In this document: one piece after another, positions 50,821 to 61,183 of the stretch
Layout: every line of letters begins with the position of its first letter
Position numbering within the stretch: position 1 is the first letter of the stretch
Assembly: GCF_055900595.2 (NCBI RefSeq)
Contig: NZ_CM148325.1
Direction: 5' to 3' (one strand)
DNA: 64,000 bases
Program-made: the position numbers and the translations under genes
The notes under the pieces: model-generated
The model's input: the letters and a program-made list of their open reading frames with translations, nothing else
What the model was told of the DNA's origin: nothing
Databases searched by the model: none

Positions 50821-51636
50821 CTAAAGAGTGTAGCGTATTTTAACGTGCTTATTTACAGGATAATATTTGTCACCTAATTCCTGCACTCTATTAGATACCC
50901 ATTGATTTAATCGTGCATCATCTCTGTATGTTTTCACGTTCAGAACGGAGAGCAATAACATCACTAGCGATTCAGGAAAAACAGGGTAAATATTTTTTAA
51001 GTGCAATAATAATTCATACGCAAGCGCCTGCTTAATAGGTGCGTCTGCATCCGGAATGCGCGACATTTCGCGAAGCCATTTTTCTACATGCTCACATTCT
51101 TTCCCTTCACGGAAAAGTCTCAACAAAGGCATATGGTGCTCAAGAAGAATGCATTTGCAATCTGTTCGTACTGAATCGATAAACTGCACTAATTTCTTAA
51201 GTCCGGTGAAGCGTCCGGCATGGATATTCTCTTTAATATCAAGAAACACGTCATCCTGATCATATACCCAAACGGTCCCTTTTTGATTTTCAAGTATCCG
51301 AAAAACAAACTTAATCGGGTAATCAGGGTAATCCACCCAGTCATAAACTCCAGGGAAATCATTAAACTGCACATTTATGGTAAGCGCATTGTCGGCTGCC
51401 CACTCGCAATCTCGTACGGCAGCCATGAGATAAATGAGTTTATCATCATCGACTAAATCATCACGACAATCATAAGGATAATCATAGTATTGTTTAATCA
51501 AAACCTTGAATATATCGACACAAGAAACCAGTGTACTTCTGATATCTTCAGGTAACTGATTGTTTTTAAACGTATTGTGTACGCTTTGTTTCGTATATAG
51601 CAACAAATTATTGTGCGGCGCTTTTAATGGTATCAT
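50821..51636 (-). CDS. yahL: Uncharacterised protein YahL
   Basis: 271 aa ORF in an AT-rich stretch; no domain recognised by eye; synteny between yahN and yahK. Confidence 0.75.
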   Translation of the reverse strand: MIPLKAPHNNLLLYTKQSVHNTFKNNQLPEDIRSTLVSCVDIFKVLIKQYYDYPYDCRDDLVDDDKLIYLMAAVRDCEWAADNALTINVQFNDFPGVYDWVDYPDYPIKFVFRILENQKGTVWVYDQDDVFLDIKENIHAGRFTGLKKLVQFIDSVRTDCKCILLEHHMPLLRLFREGKECEHVEKWLREMSRIPDADAPIKQALAYELLLHLKNIYPVFPESLVMLLLSVLNVKTYRDDARLNQWVSNRVQELGDKYYPVNKHVKIRYTL

Positions 51637-51805
51637 TGCGATCTCTCTTAAATAAAAATAAACGTCGCAGATAATAAAGCCCTGATTAAACCAGGCACTA
51701 TCAGAAATCGCTCATAACTAACGAGTGAAGTATTGTGTACTGGAGGGAGTTATTTTAACAATTTGAATTTACGTTATAGGTTTTACCGCTACTTTGATAT
51801 TATTT

Positions 51806-51839
51806 CGCTCTCCTTAACTAAAAAGTTAAGTGGAGAGCG
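51806..51839 (-). terminator. Hairpin CGCTCTCCTTAACT-AAAAA-GTTAAG-TGGAGAGCG downstream of yahK
   Basis: About 13-bp imperfect stem, 40 bp 3' of the yahK stop on the minus strand. Confidence 0.4.
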
Positions 51840-51878
51840 AAGTTAATATGTTAAACCACAGGGTATTTATTAATTGTT

Positions 51879-52928
51879 TCAGTCTGTTAGTGTGCGATTA
51901 TCGATAACAAAACGATATTTCACATCTCCTCGCAGCATTCGCTCATAGGCTTCATTAATTTGATCGGCCCGAATCATCTCTATATCAGCCACGATGCCAT
52001 GTTCGGCGCAAAAATCGAGCATCTCCTGTGTTTCTGGAATGCCGCCAATCATAGAGCCGGCTATCGCGCGGCGTTTCATGATCAGGTTGAAAACTTCCGG
52101 CGATTTATGCGGTGTCGCAGGCGCACCAACCAGCGTCATGGTGCCATCGCGCTTCAGCAAGGTGGTAAAATCGTCGAGATTATGTGGCGCAGCTACGGTA
52201 TTCAAAATGAAATCGAAACTCTTCACATGAGCCGCCATCTCATCGGCATTGCGCGAGTTAACAACTTCATCGGCCCCAAGGGCTTTTGCCGCTTCGCGTT
52301 TTGACTCAGACGTGGTAAACGCCACTACATGCGCCCCCATCGAGTGGGCCAGCTTTATCCCCATATGCCCCAGACCGCCAATGCCGACCACTCCCACTTT
52401 TTTACCCGGCCCGGCCTGCCAGTGACGCAGCGGCGAGTACGTGGTGATCCCTGCACACAATAAAGGCGCCACCGCCGCCAGTTGCGCTTGCGGGTGACGA
52501 ATACGCAGAACATATCGCTCGTGAACGACAATCTGTTGTGAGTAGCCGCCCAGCGTATGGCCCGGTTCGTCCGGCGTCGGCGAGTTATAGGTGCCGGTCA
52601 TGTGATCACAGTAGTTTTCCAGCCCGTCTTCACACTCTTCGCAATGTTTACAACTGTCGACAATGCAGCCGACACCGACCAGATCGCCCGGCGCATATTT
52701 TTCTACCTGATCACCAACGGCTACCACGCGCCCTACAATTTCATGGCCCGGCACGCAGGGATAAACCGTCCCCGCCCACTCGGAACGGACCTGGTGGATA
52801 TCGGAATGGCAGACGCCACAGTAAGCGATTTCAATTTTGACATCATGCGGTCCCGGTTCACGCCGGGTAATATCCATCGGTTCCAGCGGTTGTTTAGCGG
52901 AATATGCACCAACAGCTTTGATCTTCAT
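51879..52928 (-). CDS. yahK: Zinc-dependent NADPH aldehyde reductase
   Basis: 349 aa MKIKAVGAYSAKQPLEPMDITRREPGPHDVKIEIAYCGVCHSD... with GHEIVG zinc-ADH motifs. Confidence 0.9.
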   Translation of the reverse strand: MKIKAVGAYSAKQPLEPMDITRREPGPHDVKIEIAYCGVCHSDIHQVRSEWAGTVYPCVPGHEIVGRVVAVGDQVEKYAPGDLVGVGCIVDSCKHCEECEDGLENYCDHMTGTYNSPTPDEPGHTLGGYSQQIVVHERYVLRIRHPQAQLAAVAPLLCAGITTYSPLRHWQAGPGKKVGVVGIGGLGHMGIKLAHSMGAHVVAFTTSESKREAAKALGADEVVNSRNADEMAAHVKSFDFILNTVAAPHNLDDFTTLLKRDGTMTLVGAPATPHKSPEVFNLIMKRRAIAGSMIGGIPETQEMLDFCAEHGIVADIEMIRADQINEAYERMLRGDVKYRFVIDNRTLTD

Positions 52929-53014
52929 TGTGTTTACTCCTGATTAGCTATATGTATTTGGCGATGACTGAAATGCCATCGCAGCAAAACGCGTCCATTG
53001 AATATAGCCAATAT

Positions 53015-54001
53015 TTAAACCACCCGATCCAGTCCCAACATGCCGCGAGCCTGAATGAAACAGAGCAGCAACGTTCCCCATAAGGCCATCGTCAGGTAGG
53101 GGCTTATCCCGAGAATATTGAAGCCGCTTTCAATAATTTGCAGAAGAAACAGCGCCAGCACCATACCAATTATCCGCCCGCTGCCGCCGTCCGGATTAAC
53201 CCCGCCGAGTACTGCCGCGAGGATTGACACCAGCAAGTACGATTCGCCATAAGAGGCCTTAGCCGAGTTGAGTTTCGACATCATCAAAAATGCCGCTACC
53301 GCACAAAGCAAGGCGGAAATGACATACACCCATATCAGCACCCGACGCGTGTTAATACCGGAGTAAAGTGTTGCTCGTTCGTTAGAACCAATCAGATAAA
53401 TGGATTTACCGAGCGGCGTTTTCTCCAGCAATATCCACAGCCCCAGCGCCACTGCGGTAAACAACCACATCGGTAGCGGAATACCGAACCACTGTGCATG
53501 ATTCAACCACAGCACCCATGAGGGATAATTGGCAATGGCGCTACCGCCTGTCACCAGAATATTTACCCCTTTGAGCAACGTCATCATCCCAAGCGTTGCA
53601 AGAATTGGCGACACTCGAATACCGGCAATCAATACGCCATTACATAAACCAATTATCACCGCCGCACCAGCGCCCGCCAGCAGCGTAGCGACAACCGTAG
53701 TAATACCCGGCGGATACTGAGTCGCCACCCACGCCATCACCAGTGAACAGGCGTTAGCGGTAGCAATAATTGACAAGTTAATGCCGCCACAAAGCATGGT
53801 CACCGCCATAGCCAACGCCAGAATGCCCAGCACGGGCATTTGCGAAGCGACAGACTGGAAGTTACTTATCGACCAGAAAATCTCCGGCATAGTAATGCTG
53901 AACGCGGCAACAGTTAGCACCAGCAGGCCGATCAAATAAAACTCAACGTTATTACGCCACGATTTTTTCATAGCAGACTCCGGTTCTGATGCTGACTCCA
54001 C
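53015..54001 (-). CDS. Sugar ABC transporter permease (CUT2/ribose-like family)
   Basis: 328 aa polytopic protein; 34-bp overlap with the upstream permease. Confidence 0.8.
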   Translation of the reverse strand: MESASEPESAMKKSWRNNVEFYLIGLLVLTVAAFSITMPEIFWSISNFQSVASQMPVLGILALAMAVTMLCGGINLSIIATANACSLVMAWVATQYPPGITTVVATLLAGAGAAVIIGLCNGVLIAGIRVSPILATLGMMTLLKGVNILVTGGSAIANYPSWVLWLNHAQWFGIPLPMWLFTAVALGLWILLEKTPLGKSIYLIGSNERATLYSGINTRRVLIWVYVISALLCAVAAFLMMSKLNSAKASYGESYLLVSILAAVLGGVNPDGGSGRIIGMVLALFLLQIIESGFNILGISPYLTMALWGTLLLCFIQARGMLGLDRVV

Positions 54002-54939
54002 GCCGTGGCGCTAATGCTGGCAACGATGATGATGCCTGTGATCAATGTTTGCCAGTAAGACGAGACTCCCAATAAATTTAGCCCGTTTTGCATCACTGCC
54101 AACAACACCACGCCGAGCAAAGTACCGGTTAACGTGCCGCGCCCGCCGAGCAAACTAGTGCCGCCAAGCACCACCGCAGCCAGTACTGTCAGCTCATAAC
54201 CCAGAAGAGAATCGGGGGCGACAGTCATCACCGTCCACGACTGCACTACACCCGCAGCACCAGACATCAATCCCATATAGCCGTAAACGAAAAGTTGCAG
54301 TTTCAGCACGCTAAAGCCGATGCGACTGGCTGATTCACGGTTCCCGCCAAGGGCATAAATTTTGCGCCCTACACTGGTGAAATTCATGATAAACGCTGTC
54401 AGCAGCACCACCGTAATCATGGCGATCAGCGGCAGACCAAGGCCATAGTCATAGCCGTCAGCATCGGTGTACTTGAACAACATTACCCCCTGCTCAAACC
54501 ACGGCGGAAAGTCGTACAGCCACACACCTTTACTCAACCATAACAGCAGGCCATAGAAAATATTCAGCGTCGAAATGGTGATGATGATAGAAGGCACCCG
54601 TAGGCGATTAACCAGTAAGGCGTTTATTAAGCCAAGTAAAATGCCGATGCCGCCCGCCAGGGCAAACGCGACAGCAAAGTTGCCACCCATTTTTTGTAGC
54701 AACAGCACCATGCCGTATTGCGCAATGATGGTCATTGCCGGAAACGAAATATCAATTCCACCGGAAATTAACACCACAAACAAACCACAGGCGAGAATAG
54801 TCAACATGGCATAGTTATTGGCGAGATCGTACAAATTACCGAATGTCAGAAACTCGTCGCTGCGCCAGGCAAGGCCAACAAACAGCACTATAATCAGTAA
54901 TGCCAGCCAGAATTCATGGCGTTTTTTCAGTTCAGCCAT
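53968..54939 (-). CDS. Sugar ABC transporter permease (CUT2/ribose-like family)
   Basis: 323 aa polytopic protein; overlaps the ATPase gene by 8 bp. Confidence 0.8.
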   Translation of the reverse strand: MAELKKRHEFWLALLIIVLFVGLAWRSDEFLTFGNLYDLANNYAMLTILACGLFVVLISGGIDISFPAMTIIAQYGMVLLLQKMGGNFAVAFALAGGIGILLGLINALLVNRLRVPSIIITISTLNIFYGLLLWLSKGVWLYDFPPWFEQGVMLFKYTDADGYDYGLGLPLIAMITVVLLTAFIMNFTSVGRKIYALGGNRESASRIGFSVLKLQLFVYGYMGLMSGAAGVVQSWTVMTVAPDSLLGYELTVLAAVVLGGTSLLGGRGTLTGTLLGVVLLAVMQNGLNLLGVSSYWQTLITGIIIVASISATAWSQHQNRSLL

Positions 54940-56431
54940 TTACCACCTCCGCAATCCTGGCCTGAGAACTGCTGTCAGGCAGGAAGCTATGGGTGATCTG
55001 ACCTTTTTGCATTACCAAAATCCGGTGGCTTTGATACCACGCTTCTTCAATTTCATCGCAGATCATCAATACCGCAATGCCATGAGCCGCCAGATCGCTG
55101 ATAATGCCGTATATTCCTGCTTTGTTGGCGATATCAACACCGACAGTCGGGCTATCGAGAATCAACAGTCGTGGCCCAATCGCCAGCCATTTGGCGATCG
55201 ATACTCGCTGCGCGTTACCCCCGGAAAGCGTATTCACCGGGAGATGTGGGTCAGAGACTTTGATGGTCAATGCCTTAATTAGCCTGTCCACCAGGTCACG
55301 CACTTTAGCTTCACTCAGAAAGCCGAAGCGATCTTTTACCTTGTGAAAAACAGTGCTAATGATGTTGTCTTCAATAGATTGCGCCATCACCAAACCGCGC
55401 GACATGCGATCTTCCGAAACATAACCAATACCGTGGCGGATGGCGTCCTGGTTACTATGCAGTGTAACCGGCTGACCGTTGATGAGGATCTCACCAGCAT
55501 CCGGTCGGGTCATACCAAACAGACTCAGACATAATTCCGTGCGCCCCGCACCAAGCAGGCCAACAATCGACACCACTTCGCCCGCTTCCACCCGCAAGTT
55601 AATATTTTGATATTCCCCATGACGACTTAAATTACGCACCTCCAGCACTGGGGTGCTGGATTTTCCCTGCCACAACTCTCGCACCTGATATTCAAACTCC
55701 TGGCCGGTCATCAGGAAACCGAGTTGTTTTGTGGTCATCTCTGCAGCCGGAAAGGTCCCGACCAGCTCACCATCTTTCAACACTGAAATACGGTCGGAAA
55801 CTTCCATCACCTCTTCCAGACGATGACTGACGAAGACCACGCAGATCCCGCGTTCCCGCAATTGATGCACCACCTGTAATAACCCTTGCACTTCCTGATG
55901 GGTCAGCGAAGCGGTTGGTTCATCCATCACGATCAACCGTGCGTCCTGCGCCAGTGCACGGCAAATTGCCACCAGCTGACAGCGGGCAATTGAAAGCTCA
56001 GAAACGAGCGTATCCAGTGGCAATGTGACGTTAATACTGGTCATTGCCGCCTGCGCCACCTCACGCAGACGACGTCGGTTAACAAACAGTCCGTGGTGAT
56101 AGTGATTCACGGCGATATTCTCCCAGACACTCAGGTTAGGAAATAAAGAGAGGTCCTGATAAATCACCTGAATCCCCTGCGCCACCGAAGCGGCGGGTGT
56201 CAGCTTTGACCAGTTTTTCCCACCAAGCGTAATTTCCGCCCCCTCATCCGGGCGATAAACACCGGACATAATTTTAATCAACGTCGATTTACCACAGCCG
56301 TTTTGCCCGGCAAGGCAGTGCACCTCACCCGACATAAAGTCGAGAGAAACATCGCGCAGCGCTCGCGTGGCATGAAACGTTTTGTTGATATGACGAAGGG
56401 AAAGGAAGGTTTCCATAGCATCCCCTGGCAA
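54932..56431 (-). CDS. Sugar ABC transporter ATP-binding protein with two nucleotide-binding domains
   Basis: 499 aa; two Walker A motifs (GQNGCGKST and GLLGAGRTE), signature LSGGNAQR; start may be METFLSL at 56416. Confidence 0.85.
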   Translation of the reverse strand: MPGDAMETFLSLRHINKTFHATRALRDVSLDFMSGEVHCLAGQNGCGKSTLIKIMSGVYRPDEGAEITLGGKNWSKLTPAASVAQGIQVIYQDLSLFPNLSVWENIAVNHYHHGLFVNRRRLREVAQAAMTSINVTLPLDTLVSELSIARCQLVAICRALAQDARLIVMDEPTASLTHQEVQGLLQVVHQLRERGICVVFVSHRLEEVMEVSDRISVLKDGELVGTFPAAEMTTKQLGFLMTGQEFEYQVRELWQGKSSTPVLEVRNLSRHGEYQNINLRVEAGEVVSIVGLLGAGRTELCLSLFGMTRPDAGEILINGQPVTLHSNQDAIRHGIGYVSEDRMSRGLVMAQSIEDNIISTVFHKVKDRFGFLSEAKVRDLVDRLIKALTIKVSDPHLPVNTLSGGNAQRVSIAKWLAIGPRLLILDSPTVGVDIANKAGIYGIISDLAAHGIAVLMICDEIEEAWYQSHRILVMQKGQITHSFLPDSSSQARIAEVVNG

Positions 56432-56464
56432 TAAGAATCGGGGCTTTCGCCCCGAAGAAATGGA

Positions 56465-57451
56465 TTAATAAAGTGAGTCAATATTGTCTTTGTTGACCAG
56501 TAATACCTTATGGAAACGGATAATTCGCTTATCCATATCTACGTCGGCCTTACCGAGATTCTCCATTTCTAATCCAGGTTTGATCTCTTCACCCTTCAGC
56601 AACGTGCTGGCGACGGCCGCGAGTGCGTAACCTGCAGAGGCCGGATCGTAAGTAATCCCTTCGGTGATATCACCACTTTTAATCAATGATGCCGCCTGTG
56701 AAGGGATCATCATGCCATAGACTGCGACTTTATTTTTCGCCCGTTTCTCTTTCACCGCACGTCCCGCGCCAATCGGACCGTTTGAACCAAAGGAGACAAC
56801 CGCTTTCAAGTCAGGATAGGTTTTCATCAGGTCCAGTGTGGTACGACGTGAGTCATCCACACTCTCGGCAACCGGCATGCGGCGGGTAACTTCATGCATA
56901 TCCGGGTAATGCTCTTTCTGGTATTTCACCAGCAAGTCAGCCCATAAGTTATGCTGCGGCACGGTCAAACTACCCACATAAATCACATAGCCGCCCTTGC
57001 CACCCATGCGTTTCGCCATATGTTCAACATATTCAGCGGCAAATTTTTCGTTATCAATGATTTCGATATCCCAGTTAGCACTTGGCTGACCGGGGGATTC
57101 GTTGGTCAGAACCACAATTCCGGCATCTCGCGCTTTTTTGAATACCGGTTCTAGCACGTTGGCATCGTTTGGCACGATAGTAATTGCGTTAACCTTACGA
57201 GCGATTAAATCCTCAATAATTTTAACCTGTTGCGGAGCATCAGTACTTGAAGGTCCCACCTGTGACGCATTAACCCCAAAGGCTTTACCTGCCTCGACCA
57301 CACCTTCGCCCATGCGATTAAACCACGGCATACCATCGACTTTAGAGATATTCACCACGACTTTTTCCGCTGCCTGGAGCGGCGAGGAAATTAGCGCAGC
57401 GCCTAATAACAGCGAAGACACCATATTGATAACAAAACGTTTATTCATCAT
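56465..57451 (-). CDS. Periplasmic sugar-binding protein (CUT2 family)
   Basis: 328 aa with signal peptide MMNKRFVINMVSSLLLGAALISSPLQA. Confidence 0.8.
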   Translation of the reverse strand: MMNKRFVINMVSSLLLGAALISSPLQAAEKVVVNISKVDGMPWFNRMGEGVVEAGKAFGVNASQVGPSSTDAPQQVKIIEDLIARKVNAITIVPNDANVLEPVFKKARDAGIVVLTNESPGQPSANWDIEIIDNEKFAAEYVEHMAKRMGGKGGYVIYVGSLTVPQHNLWADLLVKYQKEHYPDMHEVTRRMPVAESVDDSRRTTLDLMKTYPDLKAVVSFGSNGPIGAGRAVKEKRAKNKVAVYGMMIPSQAASLIKSGDITEGITYDPASAGYALAAVASTLLKGEEIKPGLEMENLGKADVDMDKRIIRFHKVLLVNKDNIDSLY

Positions 57452-57701
57452 TTCAGCCTCATTGCAGGGTAGTCAGGAAGTGTTCGCCCAAATTAGCGCG
57501 CTGGAGAGAATAAGAATTTTCGAATATTTTTATGCAGAATAAACAGCCCTATTTCAGGCAGCTATTAAAAATTTGGTTATAAATATGGACAAAACGGGCA
57601 GTAACAATAAGTGTGACAATCATCACGTAAAAAATAGCAAAATAAACAAAATTAGCGATACTTTATGTTTATGAGCTTATTTCGCGTAGAAAAATAGTTA
57701 T

Positions 57702-58145
57702 CTACACAATGTCAATAAGGGCATATTCTTCAAAGATAACGTCCATTTCGGGTGAATAGCATCCTTCTGCCTGGAAAAAACGACGGTGTTCATTACGCCA
57801 ATATTCAAGACTGAGGTCACCTTCACCTTCCTTACGGGCAAGCTCCGCGGTGACATCAGAAAAGCGCAGTAAATGCAGGCCAATAACTCTGATAACACAT
57901 ACAGGCTCACCACGGCTATTTTCTACAATCTTATACTCACCAATCATCGGAAATGCGTTGTCTTCAATACATCCCGCCAGCGAACCACAGGAAGCTGTTT
58001 TAACACCAGTCGCAATCAACGTTGCGAGGTGATCGGCCAACGCTTCTGAATCGCCAAAAGTACAAAAGGAAGCATGGGGATATTTTTGTGAGATTTTTTC
58101 TTTTATGGTCATGAGAATATTTTCGCGATTACGGAAAAAAATCAC
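57702..58145 (-). CDS. ASCH-domain (PUA-like) protein
   Basis: 147 aa; GVKTASCG and EYWRNEHRRFF resemble ASCH-domain motifs; start may be MTIKEK at 58112. Confidence 0.5.
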   Translation of the reverse strand: MIFFRNRENILMTIKEKISQKYPHASFCTFGDSEALADHLATLIATGVKTASCGSLAGCIEDNAFPMIGEYKIVENSRGEPVCVIRVIGLHLLRFSDVTAELARKEGEGDLSLEYWRNEHRRFFQAEGCYSPEMDVIFEEYALIDIV

Positions 58146-58408
58146 ATCTTAATTACTGTTGATAACCATCAGCAAGAGGATCATTGGTTTTTCTATGTTT
58201 AATCTTTTTTATCCGAAGCAGGTCACATTTATGGCTTGATAAATACCTTTGTTAAAACTCACTTTTGTGTATTTCTCTCAAATAATCCCCTGGAAATTAT
58301 GCCGGGAGATTATAAAGTTCAGGATCATTCATTAACAAACCATTCCCGCCCCACTCCCTGGGGCTTAAATCTCTTACTATTCACCGTTGCAGGCGTTTCA
58401 AATTCGTA

Positions 58409-59791
58409 TCAACCTGCCACACTCCCCCACACCATTTGCCCTTTATGGAACGTTGCGGTTCTCGGCGAGATACGCGCCACCGCCTCGGCGGAACAGGAGG
58501 CGTCCACCAGCACAAAGCTGGCGTCATCCTGCGCTTTAGGCCAGACGCGCTCGCCTTTTTCGTTGAGCGGCAATACATCACCAGTGGCTAAAAACAGCGA
58601 GCGGGACAAATTCTGTTCGTTAGGACGAATATAGAGCTGCGCGTACAGATTGGCTTTTTCCAGCATGTCGCCCAGGCCGTAAGGCGACCAGTGGTCGATA
58701 ACGCTGTCGGTGCCGGTCATCACTTTTACGCCTTTGTCGTGCAGCTGTTTGAGCGGCATATGCAACGTGCCAATCGGCACCGTCGAGGCGATCGAGATTT
58801 GCTGCGCCGCCATCCGGTTCGCCAGTTCATCTACTTGTTGCTCGTTGAGGGTAGCCAGCGCAAAGGCGTGGCTGATGGTCAGCTTGCCTTTTAGCTGCGG
58901 CGTTTTCTCCACTGTTTCAACCATATAATTGATGGCTGCCACGCCCGCCGGAGTGGTTTCGTGCAGATGAATATCGACGCCTTTGTCGTAGTCCAGCGCA
59001 ATCTGGAACATGGTGTCGAGGGATTTTTCCATCGCGCCATCAACACTGGTCGGGTCCAGCCCGCCGACGTAATGCGCGCCTGCCTGCATTGCTTCACGCA
59101 TCAAGGGTTCCGATTTCGACAGCAGCAAACCGTGCTGCGGGAAGGCGACGATTTCACACTCGAAGCCCGCCTGACGTCGCGCCAGCACCGCCTGCAAATT
59201 TTGCAGATTTTTCAGGCCGGAAACCGGTTCGATATTGCAGTGGCTGCGGGCAATGGTGGTGCCTTTCGACTGCAATAAATCGATCAGTTTTTCTGCCCGC
59301 TCCTGCGTGTAGGGTTGCAGTTCCGGCAGCATTTTTTGCTCGAGTTTGATCATGTCCTGGATAGTGGTGCCTGCCGGGCGATTGAGCGAGCGCCACGGCC
59401 CACCGTAAAAGGTTTTGTCGAGATGAATATGCATGTCGCGGGTGGTGGGCAGCATCAGCTTACCGCCAGCGTCATAGTGCGGCAGCGTGGCGTCCGGATG
59501 CTGCTTGTTCTCGCGCAGCGCGACAATTTTGCCGTCCTGAATCTCCACGGTCTGGCGCGCCGTGCGGGTCTGCACCGCCACGCCATTTTCATAGTCAAAA
59601 CCGGTTTCCAGCAGCACGTTGTCGAGATAGTAGTGCGGGTCAGTGATTTTCATGGTGTTATTCGCGTCGCAGTGGGTGGTGCCAGAGACCTCCGCATGGG
59701 CGAATGGCACAGAGGTACCAAACAGCGCGGCGGCGGTGACCATCTTACCGCTCTGGCTCAAAAACTCACGACGGCTATTGTTTTCTTTCAT
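58409..59791 (-). CDS. yahJ: Amidohydrolase-family deaminase with twin-arginine (Tat) signal peptide
   Basis: 460 aa; N-terminus MKENNSRREFLSQSGKMVTAAALFGTSVPFAHA carries an SRREFL Tat motif. Confidence 0.8.
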   Translation of the reverse strand: MKENNSRREFLSQSGKMVTAAALFGTSVPFAHAEVSGTTHCDANNTMKITDPHYYLDNVLLETGFDYENGVAVQTRTARQTVEIQDGKIVALRENKQHPDATLPHYDAGGKLMLPTTRDMHIHLDKTFYGGPWRSLNRPAGTTIQDMIKLEQKMLPELQPYTQERAEKLIDLLQSKGTTIARSHCNIEPVSGLKNLQNLQAVLARRQAGFECEIVAFPQHGLLLSKSEPLMREAMQAGAHYVGGLDPTSVDGAMEKSLDTMFQIALDYDKGVDIHLHETTPAGVAAINYMVETVEKTPQLKGKLTISHAFALATLNEQQVDELANRMAAQQISIASTVPIGTLHMPLKQLHDKGVKVMTGTDSVIDHWSPYGLGDMLEKANLYAQLYIRPNEQNLSRSLFLATGDVLPLNEKGERVWPKAQDDASFVLVDASCSAEAVARISPRTATFHKGQMVWGSVAG

Positions 59792-59800
59792 CTTACGTCC

Positions 59801-60751
59801 TTACGTTTTAATAATATGGGTGCCCGTCTCGCCACGCAGCGCCGCGGGCAGGCATTCCGGCGTGGTGATAATCACTTCTTTGCCGCCCTGTTCTAAAAAT
59901 GTCAGGCTGGCGATGATTTTTGGCAACATGCTGCCAGGCGGGAAATGCCCTTCCTGCATATAGCGGGTCATGGTGGCAATATCCACCCGATCCAGCGCCT
60001 GCTGCTGCGGTTTGCCAAAATGAATACAGACTTTTTCCACGCCGGTGGTGATCACCAGAATGTCGGCGTGAATTTCGCGGGCCAGCAGCGCGGTGGAGAG
60101 ATCTTTGTCGATAACCGCGTCCACGCTTTGGTAATCTCCCGCGTCAGTACGCACCACCGGAATTCCGCCACCGCCCGCACCAATCACCACAAACCCTTGT
60201 TGGATCAGCGCTTTAATGGCAGGTGCTTCAACAATACGTTTCGGTTCCGGCGAGGCGACCACGCGGCGATAGCCGCGTCCGGCATCTTCAACAAAACGCC
60301 AGTCAGGGTTTGCCTTTTGTAATTCGTTACGCTGGCTTTCACTGAAGAATGCGCCAATGGGCTTGGTGGGGTGAGCAAACCCCGGATCGTTTTTATCCAC
60401 TTCCACCTGAGTCACCACAGTGACGGCTTTTTTCTCGCCGTGGCGCGCCAGCCGATTGTTCAGCGCCTGTTGGATCAAGTAGCCAATGCCGCCTTGCGTA
60501 TCTGCCACACAGTTCGCCAGCGGCGTTAAGGGCAGCCCTTCGCGCTCGTGGGCAATCTCCGCACGGCGTAGATCCAGCCCAACCTGCGGCCCGTTGCCGT
60601 GGGTCAGCACAATGTCGTAATCGGAAGCCAGCATTTCCAGCACCGTCTCGGCGACGGCCTTCACCGCCTCCGCCTGATGCTCAATCGACTGGCTGGCGTT
60701 ATCTTTGATAATGCTGTTGCCACCAATGGCAACGACCACAAGTTCTTTCAT
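59801..60751 (-). CDS. yahI: Carbamate kinase-like protein
   Basis: 316 aa MKELVVVAIGGNSIIKDNASQS... amino-acid-kinase fold. Confidence 0.85.
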   Translation of the reverse strand: MKELVVVAIGGNSIIKDNASQSIEHQAEAVKAVAETVLEMLASDYDIVLTHGNGPQVGLDLRRAEIAHEREGLPLTPLANCVADTQGGIGYLIQQALNNRLARHGEKKAVTVVTQVEVDKNDPGFAHPTKPIGAFFSESQRNELQKANPDWRFVEDAGRGYRRVVASPEPKRIVEAPAIKALIQQGFVVIGAGGGGIPVVRTDAGDYQSVDAVIDKDLSTALLAREIHADILVITTGVEKVCIHFGKPQQQALDRVDIATMTRYMQEGHFPPGSMLPKIIASLTFLEQGGKEVIITTPECLPAALRGETGTHIIKT

Positions 60752-60801
60752 GTTGTTATGTCCGCTACAGAGGGTGATGGGGTTATGACCAACGCCAGAC
60801 A

Positions 60802-61160
60802 GCCTGATGCGCTACGCTTATCAGGCCTACAGATTCTTGTGCCATTCGTAGGCCGGATAAGGCGTCCACGCCGCATCCGGCAATGGTGACAAATGCCTGA
60901 TGCGCTACGCTTATCAGGCCTACAGATTCTCGCGCCACTCGTAGGCCGGATAAGGCGTTCACGCCACAACCGGCAATGGTGACAAATGCCTGATGCGCTA
61001 CGCTTATCAGGCCTACAGATTCTTGCGCCACTCGTAGGCTGGATAAGGCGTTCACGCCGCATCCGGCAATCGTGACAAATGCCTGATGCGCTACGCTTAT
61101 CAGGCCTACAGATTCTTGCGCCACTCGTAGGCCGGATAAGGCGTTCACGCCGCATCCGGC
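60802..61160. repeat. BIME cluster: four tandem ~92-bp units
   Basis: Unit GCCTGATGCGCTACGCTTATCAGGCCTACAGATTCTTGCGCCACTCGTAGGCCGGATAAGGCGTTCACGCCGCATCCGGCAA repeated four times; track ORFs 60748-61263 and 60783-61205 run through it. Confidence 0.88.
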
Positions 61161-61183
61161 AGAGACAACGCGCACTTTGCAGG

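Noticed and set aside
60802-61160. Tandem array resembling a CRISPR locus at first glance
   Set aside because: Units are about 92 bp with no unique spacers between them and carry the REP palindrome signature; no cas genes nearby. It is a BIME array.
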